Below, piece by piece: positions 18,405-28,442 of a stretch of 64,000 bases of DNA (the first letter of the stretch is position 1; every line of letters begins with the position of its first letter). Origin of the DNA: Candidatus Latescibacterota bacterium (GTDB taxonomy: Bacteria > Latescibacterota > UBA2968 > UBA8231). The stretch spans positions 2,176,001-2,240,000 of the forward strand of contig CBDCDC010000002.1 of assembly GCA_965215195.1 (NCBI GenBank), given 5' to 3'. Under the pieces are notes generated by a model, which did not search any database, was not told the origin of the DNA, and was given only the letters and a program-made list of their open reading frames with translations. Both the position numbers and the translations under genes were made by a program.

Positions 18405-19481
18405 TCAAACGTGAAAAATGTACAGGTCGCGGGAAGGCAGCGGCAACTCTACCCAAGCACCGCCCGCACGATGGCTTTCGGCGACGGCGATGGTGGCTTC
18501 GGTGATGTGGTGGGTCACGTCGATGTGCCCACGCGTGGGGTGGCCGGATTCGCGCGCCGCTGCCAAATCCTCCAAGCAGCACTGGGTCGTACTGCGCGGC
18601 GTCACCGGACTGACGGGCACCTCTTCCCACAAGGTGCGCCGTCCTTGCGCAGCGCCGGGCCGGCGCAGCGAAACGTCGGCCCCGTTGTTGCACGAGCGGA
18701 TCGCGCCCTCCGAGCCGATGACCTCGAATTCCCACGGGGCCGCTGGAATGGACCACGCCTCAGCGCCGTTGGCAAAGCGCAGTTGATAGGTGGCGAGGGG
18801 ATCGGCCGGAATGTGATTGCCCTCAACTTGCAAGCCGCGGGGCAACAGCTCGCCGCGCACGGCGGCAATCGCCGGGTCGCCGATGAGATAGGACACCGTG
18901 TCGATCGAATGAATGTGCCCGTGCATCAGGCTGGAACTGGCGTAGTGAATCACGGCCCGCACCTCCCCGACCTGACCGGCCGCGACCGCATCCTTGACCG
19001 CCTCGTAGCGGTTGTCAAAGCGGCGCAGGACGCCCGTGTTAAAGAGCGCGTTGTTGCGCTTTACAGCATCGCGGATTTCGTCGGCGCGCTCCATCGAGCT
19101 GGCCATGGCCTTTTCGAGGTAGATCATCGGCACGCCCATATCGGCCACGGCCACTGCTAGGTCGGCGTGCGAGTCGCCGCGAAAACTCGCGTCCGGGGCT
19201 TCTCTAGCGGGCTTGGGCAAACAGGCCGCTGTGCAGATGGCCACGAGGTCGGGCTCTTCGCGGCGGATCATGTCGCGGAAGTCCTCGTACACGGCTGCTC
19301 CCCAGCGGCTTTGAAACGCATCGCGCTTCTCCGGCAAGATGTCCGCGCCGGCCACGAGCTCCAGCCGCTCGCTCGCCTTGGTGGCGGCCGCGACCGAATA
19401 GGGCACGTCGCCGTGGCCTTCGTCGTCAATGGTGCTGCCCATGCGCCCGAGGCCGATGATAGCTACTGTGTGTTTCTTCAC
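18405..19481 (-). CDS. Gfo/Idh/MocA oxidoreductase
   Basis: IIGLGRMG, PDLVAICT, IYLEKAMA, LRRF, HGHIHSID. Confidence 0.9.
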   Translation of the reverse strand: MKKHTVAIIGLGRMGSTIDDEGHGDVPYSVAAATKASERLELVAGADILPEKRDAFQSRWGAAVYEDFRDMIRREEPDLVAICTAACLPKPAREAPDASFRGDSHADLAVAVADMGVPMIYLEKAMASSMERADEIRDAVKRNNALFNTGVLRRFDNRYEAVKDAVAAGQVGEVRAVIHYASSSLMHGHIHSIDTVSYLIGDPAIAAVRGELLPRGLQVEGNHIPADPLATYQLRFANGAEAWSIPAAPWEFEVIGSEGAIRSCNNGADVSLRRPGAAQGRRTLWEEVPVSPVTPRSTTQCCLEDLAAARESGHPTRGHIDVTHHITEATIAVAESHRAGGAWVELPLPSRDLYIFHV

Positions 19482-19716
19482 AATGGCCCTCCTTTCTATG
19501 CCGCAGACAACCTACTCATCCCCGCAAAGTTTCGCCAGAGCCTGCCCGCTCAATTGGCGATGCCATCGCGCATACTCGAACCGCGAGGACCATTTTGCGA
19601 TCTCGCCGCAATTTTCCGCTGCCCGTACGGCTCACAGAACGGTAGCTCACCTTGACAGTCTTTTAAGCTATCGACTCTTTTTGCAGCCACCCAAGGCATA
19701 CCAGACCGGAGGCAGC

Positions 19717-20667
19717 ATGACCCAAGCGCAAGCCCCACCTCACCTAGACCCACGCAAGTTTCAAGACCCGGACGTCACCGCCGACGGAGAAGAACGAGCT
19801 AGGGTAGCGTTGACGCGGCTGGAGACCCTGTGGTTCAACACCGGCACCTTATGCAATCTGGAGTGCGCCAACTGCTACATTGAGTCGAGCCCGCACAACG
19901 ACCGCCTAGCGTACCTCACAGCGGCCGAGGTGGCGGCCTATCTCGACGAAATTGAGCGCGACCGGCTGGGCACGTGCGCGATCGGCTTCACCGGCGGCGA
20001 GCCTTTTATGAATCCCGAGATGCTCGATATGCTCGAAGACGTGCTGGAACGGGGTTTTGAGAGCTTGGTGCTGACCAACGCCATGCGGCCGATGATGAAG
20101 TGCGCCGATGGCCTGCTGCGGCTGCGCGAAACACACGGCGACCGGCTGACGATCCGCGTCTCCATCGACCACTACGAACCGGCCCGGCACGAGGCGGAGC
20201 GCGGCGAGCGCTCTTGGGTGCCGATGATCAAGGGCTTGCGCTGGCTTTCCGATTGCGGCTTCCGCCTAACAGCCGCTGGCCGCACGCTCTGGGGCGGCCA
20301 AGAGAGCGAGTTGCGCGCTGGCTTCGCCCGTCTCTTTGCCCATCTCGGCGTGCGCATTGACGCGACCGATCCCAGCCAGTTCGTGCTGTTCCCGGAAATG
20401 GATCCCTCCGTCGACGTGCCCGAAATCACCACCGGCTGCTGGGACATCCTCGGCCAGTCGCCCGACGACATCATGTGCGCTTCGTCGCGCATGGTCGTCA
20501 AGCGCAAGGGAGCCGATGCTCCAGTCGTGCTCTCCTGCACGCTGCTGGCCTATGACGAGGCTTTCGAGATGGGCCGGACTCTAGCCGAAGCTTGGAGTCC
20601 AGTGAAGCTCAACCACCCGCACTGCGCCCAATTCTGCGTCCTCGGCGGCGCTAGCTGCTCGGCCTGA
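19717..20667 (+). CDS. Radical SAM protein
   Basis: Start re-called at ATG 19717 (SD GGAGG); NTGTLCNLECANCY, FTGGEPF; C-terminal HPHCAQFCVLGGASC. Confidence 0.92.
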   Translation: MTQAQAPPHLDPRKFQDPDVTADGEERARVALTRLETLWFNTGTLCNLECANCYIESSPHNDRLAYLTAAEVAAYLDEIERDRLGTCAIGFTGGEPFMNPEMLDMLEDVLERGFESLVLTNAMRPMMKCADGLLRLRETHGDRLTIRVSIDHYEPARHEAERGERSWVPMIKGLRWLSDCGFRLTAAGRTLWGGQESELRAGFARLFAHLGVRIDATDPSQFVLFPEMDPSVDVPEITTGCWDILGQSPDDIMCASSRMVVKRKGADAPVVLSCTLLAYDEAFEMGRTLAEAWSPVKLNHPHCAQFCVLGGASCSA

Positions 20668-20792
20668 CTAACTTAGCAACTCGATCTGCCCGGACGCGCT
20701 CTGCCGCTGCACGCACAACAGCAGATCGCCGCGCCCGACCCGGATTTCGACCGGGTTGGAGATGCTGTCGCACACGTCCGGAATGAGGCTCT
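20668..20792 (-). pseudogene. Orphaned duplicate 3' end of thiN
   Basis: Near-identical to 22829-22932 apart from a 15-nt deletion between GTTGG repeats; encodes ...NPVEIRVGRGDLLLCVQRQSASGQIELLS-stop. Confidence 0.85.
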
Positions 20793-20921
20793 TGCTGGCT
20801 TAGGGTGGCAGGAAAACGCGGTAAAATGTTGGTGGGTTAGGGCGTCGGAGGTGCAGTCAGATGCTCCGGGTCGGCGATGCGGAGGATGGGGAGGTATGGT
20901 TCGTGGGATACACTAGGTCGC

Positions 20922-21296
20922 TTATTCCGGTTTGTACCCGTTGACCCACTCGGCCTTGCGAACGATCTGGTTTAGCCTTCCCTTGGTCTTTCTGCCCGTA
21001 ATAACGCAGTGCCCAAGGCCACCCGACGAGAAATCGCGAACTACCCCTAACCCCAACTCGCGTAGTACACCTACTCTTATAGACGCTAGATATTTCTCCG
21101 GGCCCTCATCCGCAACCGTAGCCGGATCGGTCTCCGAAATCAGATACACGGAGACGAGGCCATCAGGACCGTCCTGCTTGAACGCTTGAGTCGAAGGCCG
21201 AAGCCTTTGGATGTTTTGGTCGTCAGTAACGAAATTCTCAGCTACGCGGCGGAGCACGACTTCATCGTCGCTAATGCTGACGTCGTCGAATTCCAT
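20922..21296 (-). CDS. Hypothetical protein, possible RES/ADP-ribosyltransferase-like toxin
   Basis: Pattern DEVVLRR...PSTQAF...VSVY...GHCVI; last gene of the TIGR04255 islet. Confidence 0.55.
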   Translation of the reverse strand: MEFDDVSISDDEVVLRRVAENFVTDDQNIQRLRPSTQAFKQDGPDGLVSVYLISETDPATVADEGPEKYLASIRVGVLRELGLGVVRDFSSGGLGHCVITGRKTKGRLNQIVRKAEWVNGYKPE

Positions 21297-21317
21297 CGTT
21301 TGCCCGCGCAGTGAGTT

Positions 21318-21896
21318 CTAGCTTTCAATCACTGTCCGCGCATACTCAGACAATTGACTAAGATCGTCGCTGATTAGCCCCTCGCATTCTTCGGCAGGGC
21401 TCTTGAAGAAATACTCTATACCTCCCTCTGGAGCCACTTCGATCTCAAGGTCAATGCCGTTGCGATGCCATTCAACTTGTACGCCTCCATTCCAAGTAGG
21501 CACGACGGCGGGAGGCGGTGTCTGGCTATCGAGAACCTTAAGTAATATCTCCAACATATAGGCAATCGCCGCAGCTTGAGTGCGCGTAGCACCAGAACTC
21601 CAATTGTCCGTCCGCCACGGCAGAGCGGCTATCGCCTGTAGTGTGGGATAGAACCACTCCATCGCGTGTAGTTCTTGTCCCCTAATACGCCGCACCTCAT
21701 TTACAAATACCCTGTTGGCGTGGATATAAATCTCAATTGACCTGTTGGCGCTGACATAGATTTCAGGGTCGGGCGAGGAGAGTGTTTCACTCGTAGGCAC
21801 TGAAGGGGGGAACGCTAGAAAGTCATCGAAAGTAGCACTGTCGGAGAAGAGCCATTCCTGTGCTTGCGGGGTGGGGCTAAGTGCGATAGTTGTCAA
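21318..21896 (-). CDS. Hypothetical protein (TIGR04255-associated)
   Basis: TTGA overlap with the upstream gene; LPWRTDNWSS...PAVVPTWNGGVQVEWHRNGIDLEIEV. Confidence 0.65.
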   Translation of the reverse strand: MTTIALSPTPQAQEWLFSDSATFDDFLAFPPSVPTSETLSSPDPEIYVSANRSIEIYIHANRVFVNEVRRIRGQELHAMEWFYPTLQAIAALPWRTDNWSSGATRTQAAAIAYMLEILLKVLDSQTPPPAVVPTWNGGVQVEWHRNGIDLEIEVAPEGGIEYFFKSPAEECEGLISDDLSQLSEYARTVIES

Positions 21897-22750
21897 TTAG
21901 TCCTCCTCCAAACGCGATGCATCTCGCTCGAAGTTAGCGTTGCAAACCCTTGGACGATCCATTCATGCCCAAGGTTCATAGCCTTGATGATACCATCCGT
22001 GTCGTCGCCTTGGGGGGCACCTCGAAATGTGAGTTTCATCAGGTACATCGGCGTCTTGTCAGGCATGTGATGCATTGGTTCGACACTTACGTATAATCTG
22101 CCTTGAGGTCCATCACCCGCGCTGAGAATGACGTATTGAGAGACGTATCTCGTCTGCTCTGGCGGTGGCAGAAAGCCTTCGGTGAGGCGGGATGCGGCCG
22201 AAGGAATTACTCTTCCCAGCTCCGAATGACTGCTCCAGACATCTTCTTCGGGCAAGATGACGTTTACGTAGGTTACTTCGCACTGGACCGGGGATAGGTC
22301 TCCGCACCCTTCCGCGGAAAGAAATGTCTGGAAGTCGGCGAGTTCGTACTCGAAGTCGTTCCGTATTTTCTCATAGCGAGGGTACTCGTGTTGTGGTTGG
22401 AGCTTCCGCCAACTGTACCCGAATAGATCTTTCTGGATTTGCAATAGTTTTGTTTTGGAATTGCTCAGCATCAAAAGCCGTTGGGTAGGCGAAGTATCAC
22501 TGAACTGAATTTCGATCCGAGGCTCTTGTGGCCTCCCAAACGTCTCGATTGTTGGGGTCAGCGGGGCGGCCTCTTCACGCAGTGGGAACCGATCTCGAAC
22601 CTGACCCCATCTAAGCGCGATCAGTGTACCGTCGAGGATCGGCGCATCAAACTGCACCGAGACAGCGACTTCGACAACGGGCGGCTTTGCAAACTCTGGC
22701 AGCGACTTATTGCCTCCTTTCGTTTTACGGCTCTCGCATGTATCATTCAT
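21893..22750 (-). CDS. TIGR04255 family protein
   Basis: LPEFAKPPVVEVAVSVQF, LLQIQKD, YPRYE, CEVTYVNVI, C-terminal F..LTS.EMH.VW. Confidence 0.85.
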   Translation of the reverse strand: MNDTCESRKTKGGNKSLPEFAKPPVVEVAVSVQFDAPILDGTLIALRWGQVRDRFPLREEAAPLTPTIETFGRPQEPRIEIQFSDTSPTQRLLMLSNSKTKLLQIQKDLFGYSWRKLQPQHEYPRYEKIRNDFEYELADFQTFLSAEGCGDLSPVQCEVTYVNVILPEEDVWSSHSELGRVIPSAASRLTEGFLPPPEQTRYVSQYVILSAGDGPQGRLYVSVEPMHHMPDKTPMYLMKLTFRGAPQGDDTDGIIKAMNLGHEWIVQGFATLTSSEMHRVWRRTN

Positions 22751-22795
22751 CGCACCTACCCTGAGTGGCTTTTACAATGCTTTTACGCAATATAA

Positions 22796-23461
22796 TCACT
22801 CCACGACCACCTTGCCGCAACCCTCCTCCCGCTGCACGCACAACAGCAGATCGCCGCGCCCGACCCGGATTTCGACCGGGTTGGCCACTACCTCGTTGGA
22901 GATGCCGTCGCGCACGCCCGGAATGAGGCTCTCGGACCGCAAGGGCCATTTTAATCCAAACGTCTCAATGCCCTCGGCCGCGCCATTGAGCGGGCACAGG
23001 GAAATTTTCTGGCCGAGGGCGGCGCGGAAGCGGATGCAGCGGTCGATGAGGCGGATGTCGCAGTAGTCGTCAATTATTCGCAAGGCGAGGCGGTCGGCAA
23101 AGGTCTTGAGCAGGCTCAGATTGCCCAGCAGGTGATCGGTGCGCCGTCCCGTAAAACCGAGGAGCACGGCTTGAGTAACGCCCAAGGCGAGGGCGTGGTT
23201 GAGGACTTTTTGGCCGTCCGTGCCCATATTGCCCTCGGGATCGACGAGGACGAGGCGGTCGGCGGCGAGGGCGGCCTTGCTTTGGCGGCTGACCGAATCG
23301 AGATCGCCGACGATGTAATCGGGCGCGTACCCATAGCACCGGGCGGTATTGGCCCCGCCATCGGCGCACAGGATCAGATCGGCTGCTCGGGCGCAAGCGG
23401 CGAATAATTCCCGCGCCGGCGGCTCGCCATTGCCGACGATCAGAGCAGACCGACCGCCCAC
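22796..23461 (-). CDS. thiN: Thiamine diphosphokinase
   Basis: LCADGGAN, PDYIVGDLDS, TDGQK, GRRTDHLLGNL, GLKWPL, GISNE; downstream of a TPP riboswitch. Confidence 0.93.
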   Translation of the reverse strand: MGGRSALIVGNGEPPARELFAACARAADLILCADGGANTARCYGYAPDYIVGDLDSVSRQSKAALAADRLVLVDPEGNMGTDGQKVLNHALALGVTQAVLLGFTGRRTDHLLGNLSLLKTFADRLALRIIDDYCDIRLIDRCIRFRAALGQKISLCPLNGAAEGIETFGLKWPLRSESLIPGVRDGISNEVVANPVEIRVGRGDLLLCVQREEGCGKVVVE

Positions 23462-23465
23462 GGCT

Positions 23466-25817
23466 TTAGTCTCCCAAGGCCGAGAACCGCGTCGTCAGGC
23501 GCACGCCGACTTGGCGCGGATCGCCGTAGGTTTTGTACAGCTTGTCGGCGTAATCGGGCGGCTCTAGGCCAAAGTAGAAGCCGCGCACCCCGTAGCGCTC
23601 GTCGAGCAAGTTGCGGCCCCATAGCTGCACGGACCATACATCCCACTCATAGGCAATGTGGGCGTTGACCAATTGGTACGGCTCTGAGACTTGGTCGTGG
23701 CCATCGGAAAAGAAGAATTGGTCCATACCGGTCAGGGCCAGCCGCGCCCCCAAGCCCGACCGATGGCGGTATTCGCCGCCCAAGCTAAAGGTGTAGTTGG
23801 GCGCGTGGGCTGCGGCCCGGTCCCCCAGCATTATTTCCCCGTCTTCTGTGGGGAAGGTGTACGTATCGACGTGAGTAGTGAGCAGGCCCAGCGAGCCGAA
23901 GAGTTCGACTTGGGGTACGAGGCCGACGGTCTGCTCCCACTCCAAGCCGCTGTTGCGGCCTTTGACGGCATTGGCCGTAAAGTAGAAAAAGCTGTTGGGG
24001 TCGCCCGGATCCTGTTGGCTCGACAGCTCGACCTGCTGGTCTGAGCGCAGGGCGTGGAACAGGGTCAGCCCGGTGGAATAACGCGGCCCACTGGCGCGCC
24101 AGCCAAGTTCAAAATTGACGATGTACTCGGGGTCGTAGGGGCGGTTCTCCGCGGCCAAGTACGGATGCTGGTTGACCCCGCCGGAGCGGTAGCCACGCGA
24201 GGCCGCAGCGTACAAAGTCTGGCCCGGACGCCAGTCGTAACTGAGGGCCGCTTTGCCACCGCCCAGCCATTGGTCGACGGCAAACGCGGTGCTGGTGCTA
24301 TCGGCTCCGTAATTCGTCGTCGTCCCCTCATAGGCCGTGTCGCTGCGGTCGAGCCGCGCATTGACTTCCAGCCGCAAGCCCTCGCCCAAGGCCAGCCCGT
24401 ACTGGCCGTAAAAGGCCAAATTATCGATCTCGTAGCGCCCGTTCAGGTCTGTGGCGTCGCCGCCGAACAAATAGCCCGCGGCATTGTCTTCCTCTTCGAG
24501 CCGCTTCCAATAAGCCCCCACGACCAGTTCCTCGACCAACAGCCGGGCCTCTTGGCTCAACACCGTGCGGTCGCGCACATTGCGGTCGAAAAAGTCGTAG
24601 GTCCACCCCTCGACGTCTGGATCGAAGTTGTACGGCGCTTGCAACCAGTACTCGTCGTTGCCCCAATCGCCGTCAAAGCTGTGCTCCAATTCGCTGCGCG
24701 AAAACGCAGTAATCGCCACCAGTTCGGCACCGCTCCCGCCCAGCCCCCAAGTGCTCTTGAGCGAGGCCCCGGTCGTCTGCTGGCGGTCCTTGCCCGGCTT
24801 GTCGGAATAGGTGGTCAAGTCCGCGTTGTTGTCGGGCACCCAAGCGTCGTACCCATTGTCCATATCGGCCCAGAACAACGTGCCCAACACCTCGGGGCCA
24901 GCCGCCGGGGTCCAGCCGACCTTGGCGCGCAGCAACTGCTCGCGCCGGCGGTTGGTATCGTCGGCCCCGAGGAAGGCGTTGGAGCGAAAGCCGTTGGAAC
25001 GGCCGTTTTCGTAGCCCACGCGCAGCGCCAAGTCGGTCCCTACCGGCACATTCACCGCCCCGGAAAAACGCCCTAAACCATCGCTGCCCATCTCGGCGCT
25101 GCCCGCTCCGGCAAACCCCGGCTGGGGATCGGCCGATTGCAAATTGATCAGACCGGCCAAGGCGTTGGGGCCAAAAATGGTCGATTGAGGACCTTTGAAG
25201 ACTTCGACCTGATCGACGTCAAAGAGCAAGCCGGCCGTGCCCATGCCGCTCAAGTCGACATCGTCCATGACGAATCCCACCGAAAAACTGGGCGGCCCTT
25301 CGCCGGCGTAATGGCTGCGCTCGCCAATGCCCCGGATCTGGAAATAGCGCGGCCGGGACGAGCCGCCGGCCCAATTCAAATTGGGCACCATAGCGGTCGC
25401 GTCCTGCAAGTGCCCGGCCCCGCTGGCCCGGGAACGGTCCCCATCTACCACCGTGACGCTGGCGGCCAAGCGGTCGAGCCGCCGACGCACCAAGCCGCCT
25501 TCCACCACCACCTCGGGCGCTTGCAAAACCGCGCGCTCCAAGGCCACGATTAGGGGCAAGACGACCGCTACTCGTACGCTCTCGTAGCCGATAAAGGAAA
25601 TGTCGAGAGAGTCGCCCGGGGCCGCCTCCACCCGGAACCGGCCCTCGGCGTCCGTAGTGGTAGCCCTATCCCCGGCCTGCACATTGGCCCCTTCCAAAGG
25701 GCGACCCGTGGCCGCATCCAACACTTGGCCGGGCACCTCCTCGGCTTGGGCCAAGGATAGTGCCGACAGCGTCAATAAACCGGCCAGCAAGCTGGCCGAC
25801 GGCAGTGAAATTTTCAT
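23466..25817 (-). CDS. TonB-dependent receptor, probable thiamine uptake
   Basis: Signal peptide from ATG 25817; CarboxypepD-like N-domain; plug (IRGIG, VEVFKGPQSTIFG); C-terminal beta strand; TPP-regulated. Confidence 0.92.
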   Translation of the reverse strand: MKISLPSASLLAGLLTLSALSLAQAEEVPGQVLDAATGRPLEGANVQAGDRATTTDAEGRFRVEAAPGDSLDISFIGYESVRVAVVLPLIVALERAVLQAPEVVVEGGLVRRRLDRLAASVTVVDGDRSRASGAGHLQDATAMVPNLNWAGGSSRPRYFQIRGIGERSHYAGEGPPSFSVGFVMDDVDLSGMGTAGLLFDVDQVEVFKGPQSTIFGPNALAGLINLQSADPQPGFAGAGSAEMGSDGLGRFSGAVNVPVGTDLALRVGYENGRSNGFRSNAFLGADDTNRRREQLLRAKVGWTPAAGPEVLGTLFWADMDNGYDAWVPDNNADLTTYSDKPGKDRQQTTGASLKSTWGLGGSGAELVAITAFSRSELEHSFDGDWGNDEYWLQAPYNFDPDVEGWTYDFFDRNVRDRTVLSQEARLLVEELVVGAYWKRLEEEDNAAGYLFGGDATDLNGRYEIDNLAFYGQYGLALGEGLRLEVNARLDRSDTAYEGTTTNYGADSTSTAFAVDQWLGGGKAALSYDWRPGQTLYAAASRGYRSGGVNQHPYLAAENRPYDPEYIVNFELGWRASGPRYSTGLTLFHALRSDQQVELSSQQDPGDPNSFFYFTANAVKGRNSGLEWEQTVGLVPQVELFGSLGLLTTHVDTYTFPTEDGEIMLGDRAAAHAPNYTFSLGGEYRHRSGLGARLALTGMDQFFFSDGHDQVSEPYQLVNAHIAYEWDVWSVQLWGRNLLDERYGVRGFYFGLEPPDYADKLYKTYGDPRQVGVRLTTRFSALGD

Positions 25818-25865
25818 GTCTGCTCCCTCGTTTCGGATTTGCGGAAAAATTCCGTCGAGAGCGCA

Positions 25866-25898
25866 CAAAAAAACCGCTCAACCCGGATGGGCCAGCGG
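25866..25898 (-). terminator. Riboswitch expression-platform terminator
   Basis: CCGCTGGCCC-atcc-GGGTTGAGCGG followed by T7, between the aptamer and the start codon. Confidence 0.8.
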
Positions 25899-25920
25899 CG
25901 CGTACGCGGTTCGTACGACA

Positions 25921-26003
25921 TCCGTTTCCCTACGCTGGCACGATCCAGTTCAGGTTCGAAGGGTCTCAATCTCAGGCCCGCGGCCGGGCCACCCCCAACG
26001 GAA
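25921..26003 (-). ncRNA. TPP riboswitch
   Basis: GGGGTG...CTGAGA...ACCCTTCGAACCTGAACTGGATCGTGCCAGCGTAGGGAA, the THI-box consensus. Confidence 0.96.
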
Positions 26004-26198
26004 GCTATATTCTCAATGTCTTTACAATATAGGCCAGGCCCTCACGCGGGGCAATGCGCGCCTATCGCATGATGAAGTAGCCGTCCTCTGCAAACTAACT
26101 TCGGTATTCAAGGTGAGATCGGTCATGGTTTTCTTTTTGATTCGACACAGGCGAAGCACTAAGGCAGCTTTTAGCGCTAGAACCCACAGAAGGACCTT

Positions 26199-27089
26199 TT
26201 ACCGCTCTTCTTTTTTCGCGGCCAACCACGCCTCGAATTCGGCTTGCAATTCGCTTTGTCGCTGACTTTTGGCCTGCGGTGTGTCGAGCGGTTCGGGTCC
26301 GTGGAAGACATCGTAGCGCAACATGGCCAAGCCCGCGTCGACCGATAGATGCTGGCCGGTGATATAACTGGCTTCGTCCGAGACCAAAAACAGCGCGGCC
26401 TGGGCAATGGCCATCGGGTCAGTCGGCACGGGCAGGGGCAAATGGCGCATCTGGCTGCCAAAGCGCACCTCGAATTCGGGCAAATACTCTTCGCCCAATT
26501 CGTCGATCACGGTCCAAGTCTTGCCCGCAGCACCGCCCGGACACACGGCGTTGACCCGCACCTTGTAGGGCCACAACTCCACCGCCATACTGCGCACCGC
26601 CCCCAATATGCCGGCCTTGGCCGCCCCGTAGGCCGGATGTCCGGGCACCCCCACTAGGGCCTGCACCGAGGAGGTGGCGACAATGGCGCCGGCACCAGCC
26701 TGCTGCATGTGGGGCAGGCAGTAGTGAGCCCCTTCCATCAGCGCCATGAGGTTGACCATCAGCAGCTTTTCGGCCCCGGCCCTGTCGAATTGGGCAATGG
26801 TGCCCGAGGCTCCAGCATTGGCATTGCTCGAGAATATATCGAGCCGCCCATAGGTCTCCACCGCTCGGTCGATGCTCTCACGCAGGCCCTGCGTAGTGCT
26901 GACATCGCCGGCGACCGCACAGGCCCGACCCCCAGCCGCTTCAATGAGCCGCACGGTTTCGCCACCGCCGACCTCGTCCGTATCGCCGATCACCACGGCC
27001 GCTCCCTCGCGCGCAAACAACCGGGCCATGGCCCGTCCGATATTGCTGCCGGCCCCAGTGATCAGGGCCACCTTGCCCTGCAAACGCAT
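26199..27089 (-). CDS. SDR family oxidoreductase
   Basis: TGAGSNIG, YGAAK, VRVNAVCPG, ITGQHLSVDAG. Confidence 0.92.
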   Translation of the reverse strand: MRLQGKVALITGAGSNIGRAMARLFAREGAAVVIGDTDEVGGGETVRLIEAAGGRACAVAGDVSTTQGLRESIDRAVETYGRLDIFSSNANAGASGTIAQFDRAGAEKLLMVNLMALMEGAHYCLPHMQQAGAGAIVATSSVQALVGVPGHPAYGAAKAGILGAVRSMAVELWPYKVRVNAVCPGGAAGKTWTVIDELGEEYLPEFEVRFGSQMRHLPLPVPTDPMAIAQAALFLVSDEASYITGQHLSVDAGLAMLRYDVFHGPEPLDTPQAKSQRQSELQAEFEAWLAAKKEER

Positions 27090-27172
27090 GGCCTTGCTCC
27101 TTTGCTCAATGGACCGTCATCGCCGCATCCGGCAGCACCGGGCGGTGATAGCGGTACATCCAATGGACCATA

Positions 27173-28333
27173 TCAACTCCCCGGAAACGCGTACGTCTCC
27201 AATGCCCCCTCATCCACCTCAACGCCCAAACCCGGCCGATCTGTAACCTTGTAGTAGCCGTTTTCGGGTTCGTACGGCTCCTTGAGTATCCGACTCTTGA
27301 GCGCGTTGGCGCGATGGGCGTGCTCCATGATCATGAAGTTCGGACACGACGCCGACCACTCAACGGTCGCAGCAATCGCGAGGATCCCACCTCCTCCGAT
27401 ATGCGGCGCGACCGGAATGTTGTAGGTGTCGGCCAGCGTCGCAATCCGATGCCCCTCAGTAATCCCCGTCCGCGCAATGTCGTGCATCAAAATGTCGTAC
27501 GCCCGGCGCTCGAACTGCTCGCGCATTTCGTAGCGAGTGCGCGTCCACTCCCCTATCGCCACCGCCATATCCAGCGCCCGGGTGATCTCAGCCTGACCCG
27601 GAATATCCTCCGGTATTATCGGGGCCTCCAGCCAAGTGAAACGCAGCTTCTCGAGATCGCGACCCAGCAGGATCGAGCTTGAGACCGTCTGCCGCATGTG
27701 CGTATCGACCATCAGCATGATGCCCGGCCCAACGCGCTGCCGCACTGCGCGGCAAATCTCGGCGACGCCCTCCACATCCAACAACAAGTGCAACTTCAGG
27801 GCCTTGTACCCATAGCCCACGTGCTCCGCAGCCGCAGCCGCAACCTGCTCCGGGTCCGTGCCGCCGATCCCTGCGTAGAGCAAGATCTCATCTCGATAGC
27901 ACCCACCCGCAATTTTGTGGACCGGCTTTCCAATGGCCTTTCCCACGATATCCCACAACGCGATGTCAGCCCCGCCGATAGCGTCGATGTAGAAGCCCGT
28001 CGGATGTCCGCGCTCGCGCATCGCCCCGTAGTTGCGCGTCCAAATCGCCTCAATGTCGAACGGATCGCACCCTATCACCAACGGCCTAACCAATTCGCGC
28101 ACTATCGTCGCCGTAGTGTTCGGCGACACCGGCGACTGCGCCTCGCCCCACCCGACGATCCCGTTGTCCGTCTCAAGCCTGACAACTGTGGTCTCGTGAT
28201 GGGGCGCATAGATCGTCGTGGACCTCGAACGGTCCACATGGTAATCGCCGCCAGCGATCGTCGGCGGTTGCGCCGCCTCCTCGGCATGTTCACTGATCCG
28301 CAACGGGAACGCTCTAACATCAACTATTTTCAT
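27173..28333 (-). CDS. Mandelate racemase/muconate lactonizing enzyme family protein
   Basis: Start ATG 28333 (MKIVDV); GWGEA, DIALWDIVGK, LMVD, WLEAP, IGE, VAPH, PGLGVEVD. Confidence 0.92.
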   Translation of the reverse strand: MKIVDVRAFPLRISEHAEEAAQPPTIAGGDYHVDRSRSTTIYAPHHETTVVRLETDNGIVGWGEAQSPVSPNTTATIVRELVRPLVIGCDPFDIEAIWTRNYGAMRERGHPTGFYIDAIGGADIALWDIVGKAIGKPVHKIAGGCYRDEILLYAGIGGTDPEQVAAAAAEHVGYGYKALKLHLLLDVEGVAEICRAVRQRVGPGIMLMVDTHMRQTVSSSILLGRDLEKLRFTWLEAPIIPEDIPGQAEITRALDMAVAIGEWTRTRYEMREQFERRAYDILMHDIARTGITEGHRIATLADTYNIPVAPHIGGGGILAIAATVEWSASCPNFMIMEHAHRANALKSRILKEPYEPENGYYKVTDRPGLGVEVDEGALETYAFPGS

Positions 28334-28442
28334 CGCTCTGCTCGGCCGTGTTTTGTCTTTGACGTTGTTGGGCTTGCAAAGGTACATACATAATCAGCAA
28401 TACGCGCATACCACCCGCTAAAGAACTGGCGATGAAATCCAT

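Noticed and set aside
18343-18756. N-terminal extension of the NYN ORF (likewise 19429-19716 of the radical SAM)
   Set aside because: Overlaps neighbouring genes; better starts with SD sequences lie downstream.
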